A stretch of 64,000 nt of DNA from Luteipulveratus halotolerans (GTDB taxonomy: Bacteria; Actinomycetota; Actinomycetes; Actinomycetales; Dermatophilaceae), in contig NZ_LAIR01000002.1 of the NCBI RefSeq assembly GCF_001247745.1, positions 1,093,784 through 1,157,783 on the forward strand, written 5' to 3'. Each line of letters begins with the position of its first letter. Positions within the stretch are counted from its first letter, which is position 1. A program made the translations under genes and the position numbers. The notes beneath the pieces were generated by a model. The model was given only the letters and a program-made list of their open reading frames with translations, searched no databases and had not been told where the DNA came from. Below, piece by piece: positions 1 through 9,450 of the stretch.

Positions 1-25
1 ACCCTCGACTACGACGCCTGAGGTC

Positions 26-1993
26 CTACCGCGTCGTGGACGCCGGCTGCTGCGCCGATGCCTGACTGCTCGTCGCCGGCTGCTGCTGCGACGAGGTCGC
101 CGAAGGCTTCGGCTGCGTCGGGGGCTTCGGCGCCGTGGGCTTGGGAGCCGTCGGCTTCGGTGCGGTGGGCGCGGGGGCCGTCGGCTTGGGCGTCGTGGGC
201 TTGGGAGCCGTCGGCTTCGGTGCGGTCGGCTTGGGCGTCGTGGGCTTCGGAGCCGGAGGCTTGGGCGTGGTGGGACGCGGTGTGGTCGTCCTCGGCGTGG
301 GTGTCTGCTTCTTCTCGGTCGTACGACGGGGAGCAGGCTCCTCACGGACGGTGGACCGCTCGGTCGAACGCCGCACCTTCTTGTAGAGCGGCTCGGCCGA
401 CTCGACCTCGGGCAGCGTGGCCACGACGGACGGCGTGGCCGTGGGGGTGGGCGTCGGCGAGTAGGTCACGACCGACGAGGGTGTCGACTGCGCCGAGGCG
501 GGTGAGTCCGAACCGCCGAAGAGGGACGAGGCCAGGCTCGCCCCCGCGATGAGCAGGGCCGACGCAGCGATCGCGCCACCCGCGAGGAGCACGCGGGAGC
601 GGTGCTCGCCGTCGCGGTGCGGCCTGACCGGTCCGCGCGGCGCCGACGTGACCGGGACAGGTCGTACGGCTGCGGTCGCGGCCTGAGGATCGACCGGCGG
701 AACAGAGGTGAGCGTGCGTGCAGGCACGGACGCTGCAGGGGCACCGGGAGGAGTTGCGACGGTGCGCGGCGCATCAGGCGCGGCTGCCGAAGCAGGAGCC
801 GCAGCAGCGCCGCTCGCGGCTGCGGCCGCACCACCGGCCGCGGGCAGAGGCGCCGCGGCAGGGACAGGGTGTACGGCGATGGCCGGGTGGCGCAGCGCGC
901 CGCGCGCAGCCGTGAGCTCAGGGTCGACGTGGACCAGTGGCGCGTGCCCGAAACCCTCGGCGACGGAGTCGACCACCAGCGGTAGCGTCGCTGCGGCGCC
1001 GATGAGGACGACGCTGGAGGGCCGACCACCATCGAGTGCGTCGTCGACCTGCCGCACCAGACTCTGCACCGCGGCGCGCAGGCGGCGACCGACACCGGTC
1101 TCGAGGGTGCTCGCCGACACGACGGTCGCCTCGCCGGGGGCGGTGCCCCACTGGACCCGCGCGGTGTCGGCCGAGCCGAGCTGGGTGCGGGCCTCACGGG
1201 CTGCGCGGTGCAACGTCTGGGAGGACGGCGGGTCATCGAGGACGGCTGGCAGGCTCGCACGGGTGTGCGCCACGATCGCGTCGTCGAGGTCGTCGGCGCC
1301 GAACTCGGTGGTCGAGCAGCCCTGCACCAGGCCCCAGGCTCCGTCCGCGGGACGCATGACCGAGGCGGTCATACCGCTCGCGCCGGCGTTGACGACGACG
1401 GCGTCGTAGGTCTGGCCGCCCCAGCGCACCAGCCGGTCGGCGTGCAGACCGTGCGCGACGAGCGCGGCCGCGGCGCGGCCGACGCAGCGCACGGTCGGAT
1501 AACCCGCGTCGGACACCGCCTCGCTGACCGACGCCCGTCGGTCGGCGTCCCACTCGTCGGGAACCACGAGGCTGACCTGCGCGGCGTCACGCTCGGTCGG
1601 GAGCAGGACCGGATCGATCACACCGGCCACGAGAGCGCCGAGCAGCGACTCGGCGGTGACCCGGCGGCCGGAGAGGATGAACGGGACCCGATCGCCCACG
1701 CGGCGGGACGGCCCGATCAGTCCGGCGCTGGGGCTCTGCTCGATCCGCGCGAGAGCGTCCTCGCCCACGACCACGTCACCCGCGGGGTCGACCGCCACAG
1801 CGCTGGGTACGGACGTGTGCAGGCGCTTGCCGCCCACGTGCAGGACGGCACGCGTGTACGCGGTGCCGACCTCGATGCCGATCTTGTCCACTTCCGCCCC
1901 TCTGCTCGGCGGCGCCGCCCCCGAGAGCGATGCCCTCTTGGCTTGGTGACCAGTACACGTCGCGACCCGGACCTGGGTCAACTCATGGTTCAC
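26..1993 (-). CDS. Hsp70-family (DnaK-like nucleotide-binding domain only) protein with a single TM helix and a C-terminal Pro/Thr/Lys-rich repeat tail
   Basis: 655-aa ORF. IGIEVGTAYTRAV, VVNAGASGMTASV, GADDLDDAI and VVLIGAAATLPLVVDSVAEGFG line up with Hsp70 phosphate-1, phosphate-2, connect and adenosine motifs. One hydrophobic helix (LLAGGAIAASALLIAGASLA). The tail is made of PKPTA-type repeats. The stop codon lies at 26-28. Confidence 0.7.
   Translation of the reverse strand: MNHELTQVRVATCTGHQAKRASLSGAAPPSRGAEVDKIGIEVGTAYTRAVLHVGGKRLHTSVPSAVAVDPAGDVVVGEDALARIEQSPSAGLIGPSRRVGDRVPFILSGRRVTAESLLGALVAGVIDPVLLPTERDAAQVSLVVPDEWDADRRASVSEAVSDAGYPTVRCVGRAAAALVAHGLHADRLVRWGGQTYDAVVVNAGASGMTASVMRPADGAWGLVQGCSTTEFGADDLDDAIVAHTRASLPAVLDDPPSSQTLHRAAREARTQLGSADTARVQWGTAPGEATVVSASTLETGVGRRLRAAVQSLVRQVDDALDGGRPSSVVLIGAAATLPLVVDSVAEGFGHAPLVHVDPELTAARGALRHPAIAVHPVPAAAPLPAAGGAAAAASGAAAAPASAAAPDAPRTVATPPGAPAASVPARTLTSVPPVDPQAATAAVRPVPVTSAPRGPVRPHRDGEHRSRVLLAGGAIAASALLIAGASLASSLFGGSDSPASAQSTPSSVVTYSPTPTPTATPSVVATLPEVESAEPLYKKVRRSTERSTVREEPAPRRTTEKKQTPTPRTTTPRPTTPKPPAPKPTTPKPTAPKPTAPKPTTPKPTAPAPTAPKPTAPKPTAPKPPTQPKPSATSSQQQPATSSQASAQQPASTTR
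61..300. repeat. Tandem ~15-nt coding repeats (GGCTTSGGNGCCGTSG-like) encoding the (PKPTA)n tail of the Hsp70-like protein
   Basis: Direct reading: ggcttcggcgccgtgggcttgggagccgtcggcttcggtgcggtgggc recurs many times. The repeats are in frame within the CDS, not intergenic. Confidence 0.6.
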
Positions 1994-2027
1994 CCGTGAA
2001 CGCCCTGGGGCTGCGCGCTGATGCGGC

Positions 2028-3011
2028 GTGTCCCTTCAGAATGTGCGCATGCCGACACCGTCGAAGGCCGCTCTCGAGCACGTCAGGTCCATCGCCCGGC
2101 GCACGGGTGTCGACGTCGACGTCGCGCTCCTCGAGGACGTCCGGCGGCGTGCCGCGCTCACCATCAACTTCCACCCCGACCGCCCGTCCCGTGACGGGCG
2201 GACGGCTGCGGCTGCGCTGGCCGACGACGGGATGTACCGCACCCAGTTCGAGACCGGCATCTCAGCGGGTGGCCTCGACGCGGTCATGAACGGCGCGCGC
2301 TCGCGCTGGGAGCGGGCGATGTTCGGGTCGGCGTACGACGGTGTCGTCGCGGCCGACCGCCCGAGGTACGGCGGCCTGGACCTGGTGGGATATGCCGCCG
2401 GAGCGTGCCCCAGGTTCGGCTCCTGCCACCTCCGGCTGCGGCCACATCTGCGTGAGTGCGCGACGTACTCCTACGGGGACAGCGTCACCGAGCCCACGGC
2501 GGTCGGGACGTGGGACACGCTCGGCCCGGTGGTCGCGGCCGCGGTCGTCGATGACATGCCCGAGGTCCACGCTCGCCACGCAGGGTTCGCGCGGCTCGAC
2601 CGCTACGTCGAGGCCCAGATCCACCACCGGGTCGACCTGCGTACGGACGTGGAGGCCCTGGTGGCCGACCCGTCGTTCCGTGGCTCACCGGTGGGGGATG
2701 ACCTGCAGCGCATGGCGACGCGCTTCGCGGTGCCGTTGCGCTGGCACGACGGCTACGTCCTCGACGCCGAGGGGCTCGACCCACAGTTCCGCACCGAGCT
2801 CTCACCTCGGCTGGCCAAGGACGTCCACACCCGGCTCGCGCGACCGGGACAGCAGCTGGACGCCGAGCTGATCGGCCGGGCCGTACAGGCGGTGGTCGCC
2901 GACCCCGCGGCCTGGGCGGCGTACGGCGATGTGGTGCAGGTCCTGCAGGAGCTGAAGCACCTGTGGCACCACCTGGTCGATCGGGGCGCGGTCGATCAGG
3001 AGCGCTCGTAG
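2028..3011 (+). CDS. Conserved hypothetical protein (DUF3626-like, by recollection only)
   Basis: 327-aa ORF with high GC3, divergent from the Hsp70-like gene. No catalytic motif recognised. Confidence 0.5.
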   Translation: MSLQNVRMPTPSKAALEHVRSIARRTGVDVDVALLEDVRRRAALTINFHPDRPSRDGRTAAAALADDGMYRTQFETGISAGGLDAVMNGARSRWERAMFGSAYDGVVAADRPRYGGLDLVGYAAGACPRFGSCHLRLRPHLRECATYSYGDSVTEPTAVGTWDTLGPVVAAAVVDDMPEVHARHAGFARLDRYVEAQIHHRVDLRTDVEALVADPSFRGSPVGDDLQRMATRFAVPLRWHDGYVLDAEGLDPQFRTELSPRLAKDVHTRLARPGQQLDAELIGRAVQAVVADPAAWAAYGDVVQVLQELKHLWHHLVDRGAVDQERS

Positions 3012-3952
3012 GTCACCCAGGCGAACCCGTCGCGCTGCTCGCGCGCGGTCTCGTGCCAGCGTGCCGGGTCGACCTCCGGGAAGACGGTCTCGCCCTCAGG
3101 TGCCTGGTCGACCAGGGTGAGCTCGAGCCGGTCGGCGAGGTCGATGGTCTGTGCGTAGATCTCGCCACCGCCCACGACGAACAGCTCACCGTCGGGCGCG
3201 CCCGCAAGTGCCTCGGCCAGCGAGTGGGCGACCACCGCGCCGGGTGCAGACCAGGTGCGGTCGCGGGTGACCACGACCGTCGTACGGCCCGGGAGCGCGC
3301 GGCCGATGGAGTCCCAGGTGCCGCGGCCCATGATCATCGTGCCGCCGGTCGTGAGCGCCTTGAACCGCTTCAGGTCGTCGCTGAGGTGCCACGGCATGTC
3401 GCCGTCCGCCCCGATCACGCGGTTGGTGCCCATGGCCGCGACGAGGGTCAGGCGCTGCTCGAACCCCCGCTGCATGATGGGCGGCACCGCACCGGCGGCC
3501 ACGGCGTCCAGCACCTGGCGCTCGTGGGGGACGACACGGTCCGGAAGGTCCTCGAGCGCGAACCAGCGCAGCTCGGCGGCCTTGTCGGGTTCCTGCAACG
3601 ACGGCTCGCCCTGCCACCGGCGCACCCGGAAGAAGAAGTCGGCCCGCTCCTCGATGGGCTGTCCGAGGAGGCTGTGACGCTGCAGGGTGGTCAGCGGCTC
3701 GAGGTCATCGGAGCCGATGTCGATGCCGAGCTCCTCGCGAGCCTCGGACACCGCCGCGGCAGCAGCGGACTCGCCGGACTCGACGTGCCCGGCAGCCGCG
3801 CACGCCCACCAGCCGTCCATGTATCCAGTGCCACGGCGCAGCTGCAGCGCGACCTCGGTGCGGGTGTCGACCTCGCGGGTGAGGACGACGTACGAGGCAG
3901 GGACCAGTGGCACCCGCACGCGGCCGTCGCGCGCGTCGGCCGCAGCGGTCAT
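2996..3952 (-). CDS. folA: NUDIX hydrolase - dihydrofolate reductase fusion protein
   Basis: 318 codons starting at the ATG at 3952, which overlaps the thyA stop (tcat at 3949-3952 = ATGA). N-terminal NUDIX box [24 protein letters not shown]-terminal DHFR motifs [48 protein letters not shown]. There is no in-frame stop between the two domains. Confidence 0.75.
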   Translation of the reverse strand: MTAAADARDGRVRVPLVPASYVVLTREVDTRTEVALQLRRGTGYMDGWWACAAAGHVESGESAAAAAVSEAREELGIDIGSDDLEPLTTLQRHSLLGQPIEERADFFFRVRRWQGEPSLQEPDKAAELRWFALEDLPDRVVPHERQVLDAVAAGAVPPIMQRGFEQRLTLVAAMGTNRVIGADGDMPWHLSDDLKRFKALTTGGTMIMGRGTWDSIGRALPGRTTVVVTRDRTWSAPGAVVAHSLAEALAGAPDGELFVVGGGEIYAQTIDLADRLELTLVDQAPEGETVFPEVDPARWHETAREQRDGFAWVTYERS

Positions 3953-4743
3953 ACGGCGACCGGCGCCTTGATGCCGGGGTCGGCGACGTAGCCCTCGAGC
4001 GAGATGTCGTCGAGGTCGAACGCGTCGATGTCCTTGATCGCGGGGTTGAGCACCAGGCGGGGGAGCGGCTTGGGCTCGCGCGTCAGCTGCAGCCGCGCCT
4101 GGTCGACGTGGTTGAGGTAGAGGTGGGCGTCGCCGATCGTGTGCACGAAGTCGCCGACCTGCAGGTCGGTCACCCGCGCGACCATCGAGGTGAGCAGGGC
4201 GTAGGAGGCGATGTTGAACGGCACGCCGAGGAACACATCGCCCGAGCGCTGGTAGAGCTGGCACGACAGCCGGCCGTCCGCGACGTAGAACTGGAACATC
4301 GTGTGGCAGGGCGGCAGCGCCATGTCGTCGACGTCTGCGACGTTCCAGGCCGAGACGATGTGCCGGCGCGAGTCGGGGTTGGTGCGGATGCCGTCGACGA
4401 CGCGGGCGAGCTGGTCGATCGAGCGGCCGTCGGGCGTGGGCCAGGATCGCCACTGGTGGCCGTAGACCGGGCCGAGGTCGCCGTGCTCGTCGGCCCACTC
4501 GTCCCAGATCGAGATCTTGCGCTCGTGCAGCCATGCGACGTTGGTGTCACCGCGCAGGAACCACAGCAGCTCACCGAAGATCGAGCGCAGGTGCAGCTTC
4601 TTGGTCGTCGTGACGGGAAAACCGTCCTGCAGCGGGAAGCGCATCTGATGCCCGAACACCGAGAGCGTCCCGGTGCCGGTGCGGTCGTCCTTGCGGGTGC
4701 CTTCGTCGAGCACACGCTCGAGCAGGGAGAGGTACTGCTTCAC
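3949..4743 (-). CDS. thyA: Thymidylate synthase ThyA
   Basis: [13 protein letters not shown]...DRTGTGT...LPPCH... are classic ThyA motifs. The ORF is open to 4824 (GTG), but alignment with known ThyA N-termini favours the GTG at 4743 (264 aa). The start is uncertain between 4743 and 4824. Confidence 0.85.
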   Translation of the reverse strand: MKQYLSLLERVLDEGTRKDDRTGTGTLSVFGHQMRFPLQDGFPVTTTKKLHLRSIFGELLWFLRGDTNVAWLHERKISIWDEWADEHGDLGPVYGHQWRSWPTPDGRSIDQLARVVDGIRTNPDSRRHIVSAWNVADVDDMALPPCHTMFQFYVADGRLSCQLYQRSGDVFLGVPFNIASYALLTSMVARVTDLQVGDFVHTIGDAHLYLNHVDQARLQLTREPKPLPRLVLNPAIKDIDAFDLDDISLEGYVADPGIKAPVAV

Positions 4744-4809
4744 GACCGGTGACGCTAGCAGCGGCCCCTGACACGGCGCCGCGCCGGCGCGCACCCGGGC
4801 GCTACTCAG

Positions 4810-4825
4810 TGTGATCCAGATCACA
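4810..4825. promoter_or_regulatory. 16-bp palindrome TGTGATC-ca-GATCACA in the thyA upstream / thyA-dapA divergent region
   Basis: Read directly: tgtgatccagatcaca has 7-bp perfect inverted arms and is operator-like. Confidence 0.3.
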
Positions 4826-4866
4826 ATGATGTCTCGTAACGAATCCTCGTACGCCCCGATGTAACC

Positions 4867-4912
4867 CGTGATCGCGTCGCCACCCGGACCCCCGAGCGGG
4901 TGGCGACGCGAT
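4867..4912. other. Perfect 17-bp-stem hairpin (gatcgcgtcgccacccg / cgggtggcgacgcgatc, 10-nt loop) in the divergent intergenic region
   Basis: Read directly from the sequence. It lies about 80 nt upstream of the dapA ATG and upstream of thyA. Its function is unknown; it could be an RNA structure, a REP-like element or a protein site. Confidence 0.4.
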
Positions 4913-4993
4913 CTACTTGTCTCACCCGACGCCGCCGCTCAGCCCGTGAGCCGCGCGGGCGTCCAGGGGTCTCAGCGACTAGCCTGATCAGCC

Positions 4994-5881
4994 ATGACGA
5001 GCACTCCTTTCGGCCGCGTCGTGACGGCCATGGTGACCCCGATGCACGCCGACGGCTCACTCGACCTCGACGGCACCGCCAAGCTCGCCTCGCACCTGGT
5101 CGACCAGGGCCATGACGGCCTGGTCGTCAACGGCACGACGGGCGAGTCCGCGACCACCACCGACGAGGAGAACTTCGCGACCGTCAAGGCGGTCGTCGAC
5201 GCCGTCGGTGACCGCGTCGCCGTGACCGCAGGCGTCGGCACCAATGACACCGAGCACTCCACCCGCGTCGCCCGACGCATGGCCGAGCTCGGCGCGGACG
5301 CCGTCCTCATCGTGACGCCCTACTACAACAAGCCCACCCAGGCCGGCATCGTCGAGCACTTCCGCTCGGTGGCGACCGCGACCGACCTGCCCGCGATGGC
5401 GTACGACATCCCCGGCCGCACGGCGACCGCGCTGGCGACCGACACCATCCGCCGACTCGCGGAGATCGATCAGGTCAAGGCCGTCAAGGACGCCAAGGGC
5501 GACCTGTTCGAGGCCAGCCGGCTGATGGCCGAGACCGACCTGCTGTGGTACTCCGGCGACGACGTCGTCAACCTCGCGCACCTGGCCCAGGGTGCCGTCG
5601 GGGTCGTGTCCGTGGTCGGGCACGTCGCCGGCGCGCAGTACGCCGAGATGGTCGCCGCCGTCGACCGCGGTGATCTCGTGCGCGCTCGCGAGATCCACAC
5701 CTCGCTGATCCCGCTGGTCGATGCGATCATGCACGTCAGCCAAGGCGCGATCCAGGCCAAGGCTGCGATGCACCTGCTGGGTGTGATCGACTCAGACTTC
5801 TGCCGGCTGCCTCTGCTGCCGGCGCCCGATGAGCACCGCGCACTGCTGCGCGAGGCGCTGACCAAGTCAGGACTGATGTGA
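4994..5881 (+). CDS. dapA: 4-hydroxy-tetrahydrodipicolinate synthase
   Basis: 295 aa with a DapA/NAL-family pattern (GTTGES...TPYYNKP...K residue region). The stop overlaps the rnj GTG start (atGTGA). Confidence 0.9.
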   Translation: MTSTPFGRVVTAMVTPMHADGSLDLDGTAKLASHLVDQGHDGLVVNGTTGESATTTDEENFATVKAVVDAVGDRVAVTAGVGTNDTEHSTRVARRMAELGADAVLIVTPYYNKPTQAGIVEHFRSVATATDLPAMAYDIPGRTATALATDTIRRLAEIDQVKAVKDAKGDLFEASRLMAETDLLWYSGDDVVNLAHLAQGAVGVVSVVGHVAGAQYAEMVAAVDRGDLVRAREIHTSLIPLVDAIMHVSQGAIQAKAAMHLLGVIDSDFCRLPLLPAPDEHRALLREALTKSGLM

Positions 5882-7560
5882 GTCACCCCCACCCCGAGCT
5901 CGGCCCGCCCCCCGCACTGGCCCAGGGCGGTGTTCGCGTCGTGGCCCTCGGCGGGCTCGGCGAGGTCGGCCGCAACATGACGGTCGTCGAGCACGACGGG
6001 CGTCTGCTGATCATCGACTGCGGTGTGCTGTTCCCCGAGGACCACCCGGGTGTCGACCTGATCCTTCCCGACTTCGAGTACATCGCCGACCGCCTCGACG
6101 ACATCGACGGCATCGTGCTCACCCACGGCCACGAGGACCACATCGGCGCCGTGCCCTACCTGCTGCGCATGAAGCGCGACATCCCGCTGATCGGCTCCAC
6201 CCTGACGCTGGCCCTCGTCGAGGCCAAGCTCAAGGAGCACCGCATCAAGCCCTACACGATGGCGGTCAAGGAGGGCGGGCGCGAGCAGATCGGTCCGTTC
6301 GACTGCGAGTTCGTCGCCGTCAACCACTCCATCCCCGACGCGCTCGCGGTGTTCATCCGTACGCCGGGCGGCACGCTCCTGTGCACCGGCGACTTCAAGA
6401 TGGACCAGCTGCCGCTCGACGGCCGCATCACCGACCTGCGCGCGTTCGCTCGCCTCGGCGAGGAGGGTGTCGACCTCTTCCTGACCGACTCCACCAACGC
6501 CGAGGTGCCGGGGTTCACCACTCCCGAGCGTGACATCACACCGGCGATCGAGCGTGTCTTCGAGACCGCCGAGCGACGCATCATCGTCGCCTGCTTCTCC
6601 TCGCACGTGCACCGCGTGCAGCAGGTGCTCGACACCGCCGAGCTCTACGGCCGCAAGGTGGCGATGGTCGGTCGGTCGATGGTGCGCAACATGGGCATCG
6701 CCTCCGACCTCGGATACCTGCGCATTCCCGACGGCGTCCTGGTCGACCTCAAGAAGCTCGACCAGCTGCCCGACGACCAGGTCGTGCTCATCTGCACCGG
6801 CTCTCAGGGTGAGCCGATGGCGGCGCTGTCGCGGATGGCCAACCGTGACCACAAGATCGACGTCGGCGAGGGCGACACGGTGCTGATGGCCAGTTCGCTC
6901 ATCCCCGGCAACGAGAACGCCGTCTACCGCGTCATGAACGGTCTGATGCGCCTCGGCGCCAAGGTCGTGCACAAGGGCAACGCGCTCGTGCACGTCTCGG
7001 GCCACGCGAGCGCCGGCGAGCTGCTCTACTGCTACAACATCGTCAAGCCGCGCAACGTGATGCCGATCCACGGTGAGTGGCGCCACCTGGTGGCCAACGC
7101 CGACCTCGCGGTGCAGACCGGCGTACCGCGCAAGAACGTCGTGCTCGCCGAGGACGGTGTGGTCGTCGACCTGGTCAAGGGCCGGGCGGCCATCACGGGC
7201 AAGGTCCCGTGCGGCTACATCTACGTCGACGGCTCGCTCGTGGGCGCGACCGACGAAGAGCTGCTCAAGGACCGCCGCATCCTGCGCGACGAGGGCTTCG
7301 TGACGATCATCGTCGTGCGCGATGCCGCGACCGGCAAGATCGCGGCCGGGCCGGAGATCCAGACCCGTGGCTTCGCCGAGGACGAGCAGGTCTTCGACCG
7401 CGTGCTGCCCAAGCTCGAGGAAGCCCTCGAAGAAGCGCGCGCCAAGGGCATCACCGACAGCTATCAGCTGCAGCAGGTGCTCCGCCGCACAGTGGGCGGG
7501 TTCGTCGGCAGCAAGCTGCGCCGGCGCCCGATGATCATCCCGATCGTCATCGACGCCTGA
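5878..7560 (+). CDS. rnj: Ribonuclease J (metallo-beta-lactamase / beta-CASP RNase)
   Basis: 560 aa with HGHEDHIG metallo-beta-lactamase motif and beta-CASP region. It is syntenic with dapA as in mycobacteria. Confidence 0.9.
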   Translation: MSHPHPELGPPPALAQGGVRVVALGGLGEVGRNMTVVEHDGRLLIIDCGVLFPEDHPGVDLILPDFEYIADRLDDIDGIVLTHGHEDHIGAVPYLLRMKRDIPLIGSTLTLALVEAKLKEHRIKPYTMAVKEGGREQIGPFDCEFVAVNHSIPDALAVFIRTPGGTLLCTGDFKMDQLPLDGRITDLRAFARLGEEGVDLFLTDSTNAEVPGFTTPERDITPAIERVFETAERRIIVACFSSHVHRVQQVLDTAELYGRKVAMVGRSMVRNMGIASDLGYLRIPDGVLVDLKKLDQLPDDQVVLICTGSQGEPMAALSRMANRDHKIDVGEGDTVLMASSLIPGNENAVYRVMNGLMRLGAKVVHKGNALVHVSGHASAGELLYCYNIVKPRNVMPIHGEWRHLVANADLAVQTGVPRKNVVLAEDGVVVDLVKGRAAITGKVPCGYIYVDGSLVGATDEELLKDRRILRDEGFVTIIVVRDAATGKIAAGPEIQTRGFAEDEQVFDRVLPKLEEALEEARAKGITDSYQLQQVLRRTVGGFVGSKLRRRPMIIPIVIDA

Positions 7561-7563
7561 GGC

Positions 7564-8541
7564 TCAACCGGCCACCTGCTGTGCCCGAAAGGTCCGCCGG
7601 TACGCCGTCGGGCTGGTACCCATCCGCGGCACGAAGTGGTGGCGCAGCGCAGCGGGCGACGCGAATCCTGTTGCGCCGCAGACGATCTCGACCGGCATGT
7701 CCGTCGTCTCGAGCAGCTCGACGGCTCGCTGCACCCGGCGTTCGATGACCCACTGGGCCGGGCTCGTACCCGTGGCGGCGGCGAACCTGCGTACGAAGGT
7801 GCGCTCGGACATCGCCGTACGACGGGCCAGGTCCGCGACGCGGATCGGCTCGTCGAGGTGAGCCTGCGCCCACGCCAGCGTCGCCGCGAGGCGCTCGTCG
7901 TCGGGGTCAGTGGCCACGGGTGCCTCGATGTACTGCGACTGGCCGCCCGGGCGGTGGGGTGAGACGACCAGTCGGCGCGCGACGGCGTTGGCGGTCGCGG
8001 CCCCGAGGTCGCGTCGCACGAGGTGCAGCGCCAGGTCGAGCCCTGCCGCGCAGCCGGCGCTGCTGAGGATGTCGCCGTCGTCGACGTACAACGGGTCGCG
8101 GTCGACCCTGATCCGCGGGTACCGCCGCTGCAGGTCGTCGGCGTAGCGCCAGTGCGTCGTCGCGGGTCGGTCGTCGAGCAGCCCGGCGGCGGCGAGTGCG
8201 AAGGCGCCGGAGCAGATCGAGACGACGCGGGCTCCCCGTGCGTGGGCGCTGCGCAACGCCTCGATGACTCCCGCGTGCACCGGCTCGTCGGGGTTGCGCA
8301 CGCTCGGGACGACGACGGTGTCAGCGGCGGCGAAGTGGTCGAGGTCGTACGCCGTCCGCATCGTCGCGCCGCCCAGCATCGTGAGCGGGCGACGGTCGGC
8401 GGCACACACCTTGAGGTCGTACCAGGGCTGGTCGATGTCGGGCCAGGTGAGGCCGAACACCTCGGCGACGATGCCGGACTCGAAGCCGGTCATCCCGTCG
8501 TACGCGAGCACGGACACCGTTCCGGGGCTGGACGTCGCCAT
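7564..8541 (-). CDS. GlxA-family transcriptional regulator (DJ-1/PfpI domain + AraC-type HTH)
   Basis: 325 aa with N-terminal DJ-1/PfpI-like ICSGAFALAAAG and a C-terminal AraC HTH. It is convergent with rnj and the two stops are only 3 nt apart. Confidence 0.8.
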   Translation of the reverse strand: MATSSPGTVSVLAYDGMTGFESGIVAEVFGLTWPDIDQPWYDLKVCAADRRPLTMLGGATMRTAYDLDHFAAADTVVVPSVRNPDEPVHAGVIEALRSAHARGARVVSICSGAFALAAAGLLDDRPATTHWRYADDLQRRYPRIRVDRDPLYVDDGDILSSAGCAAGLDLALHLVRRDLGAATANAVARRLVVSPHRPGGQSQYIEAPVATDPDDERLAATLAWAQAHLDEPIRVADLARRTAMSERTFVRRFAAATGTSPAQWVIERRVQRAVELLETTDMPVEIVCGATGFASPAALRHHFVPRMGTSPTAYRRTFRAQQVAG

Positions 8542-8697
8542 GGCGTGATTTTAGCGAACAGCGTCGTTTCTGCCACTGTTGTGGGGGCGGCGCACCGAGC
8601 AGGCTCGACGCATGACGACCATCTGGAACCTGTTGCGAGACCTGGCGTTCGGTGTGCACGCGGCACACGGCATCCGGCACGGGGTGCCGGTGCGACC

Positions 8698-9450
8698 TCA
8701 GGCCAGTGCTGCGAGCGCGAGAGCGCTCAACGACACCAGCCAGCTGACGAAGCTGCCCACGAGGAAGTACTCGGTCACCTCGTCGATGCCCACCTCCGAC
8801 TGTGCCTGAGTGAGGCTGCGGCGGGCGTTGAGCTCGGGGAACCGGATGAGGCCCTTGGCCGCGATCACCAGGCCGGCCGAGGCCACCTCGCCCGCCAGCC
8901 CGAGGCCGAGGATGAAGACGCGCTCGAGCGGGCCGAGCAGACGCCCGCCCTTGAGCCGGTCCGAGGGCTGGGGCTGCCCCTGGGGCTTGAGGGCGCCGAC
9001 AGCGGCCAGCACCAGGCGGACGAGCTCATTGCCGGTGCTGAGCTGGACGAGCCCGAGGGCGAGCAGCAGCAGGAACTTCTCGGCCGAGAGGTCGTGCAAC
9101 GGGGGCAGGTCGACCCAGCGCAGCCAGCGCCCGACCGCGCCGTCGGCACTCGAACCCGCTCCGGACACGGCGAGCAGGCCGACGACCCCACCGCACAGCA
9201 CGACGAGCGGGCGCAGCTCGTCACGATGACGTCGTTCGGCGCGGGCACTGAGCTCGACCCACCCGGCGGTGACGGCTGCGCAGCCGATCAGGAGGGCGAT
9301 GTCGGCGCCCGAGGTGAGCCCGGCGAGGAGGGCAGCACCGACCAGGGTGGCGAGGCCGACGGCCAGGGGAGACCAGTGCGCCGTACGCCGGAGGGGGCGC
9401 GCCAGGTCGGCCACGCCGACGGCGAGCAGGAGAACCGCGACGTGGCTCAT
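8698..9450 (-). CDS. Multi-pass membrane protein (DUF3307-like, usually paired with SatD-family genes)
   Basis: 250-aa hydrophobic protein. Its ATG at 9450 overlaps the upstream gene's TGA (tcat at 9447-9450). A GC hairpin ccggcacggggtgccgg sits just 3' of its stop. Confidence 0.6.
   Translation of the reverse strand: MSHVAVLLLAVGVADLARPLRRTAHWSPLAVGLATLVGAALLAGLTSGADIALLIGCAAVTAGWVELSARAERRHRDELRPLVVLCGGVVGLLAVSGAGSSADGAVGRWLRWVDLPPLHDLSAEKFLLLLALGLVQLSTGNELVRLVLAAVGALKPQGQPQPSDRLKGGRLLGPLERVFILGLGLAGEVASAGLVIAAKGLIRFPELNARRSLTQAQSEVGIDEVTEYFLVGSFVSWLVSLSALALAALA

Noticed and set aside
61-300. Possible CRISPR or minisatellite from the tandem 15-nt repeats
   Set aside because: The repeats are in frame inside a CDS and encode the PKPTA tail. 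There are no spacers and no cas genes.
2996-4534. 512-aa ORF presented as one protein
   Set aside because: Its N-terminal 194 aa are an Arg/Pro-rich out-of-frame read through thyA on the same strand. The real gene starts at the ATG at 3952, which overlaps the thyA stop.
5470-7086. Long antisense ORFs. Examples: 5470-7086, 13605-15617, 21632-23060, 34725-37421, 40639-43056, 59223-61658, 61811-63619.
   Set aside because: They lie opposite strongly supported genes, have Arg/Pro/Gly-rich low-complexity translations, and are expected in a ~70%+ GC genome where stop codons are rare in all frames.
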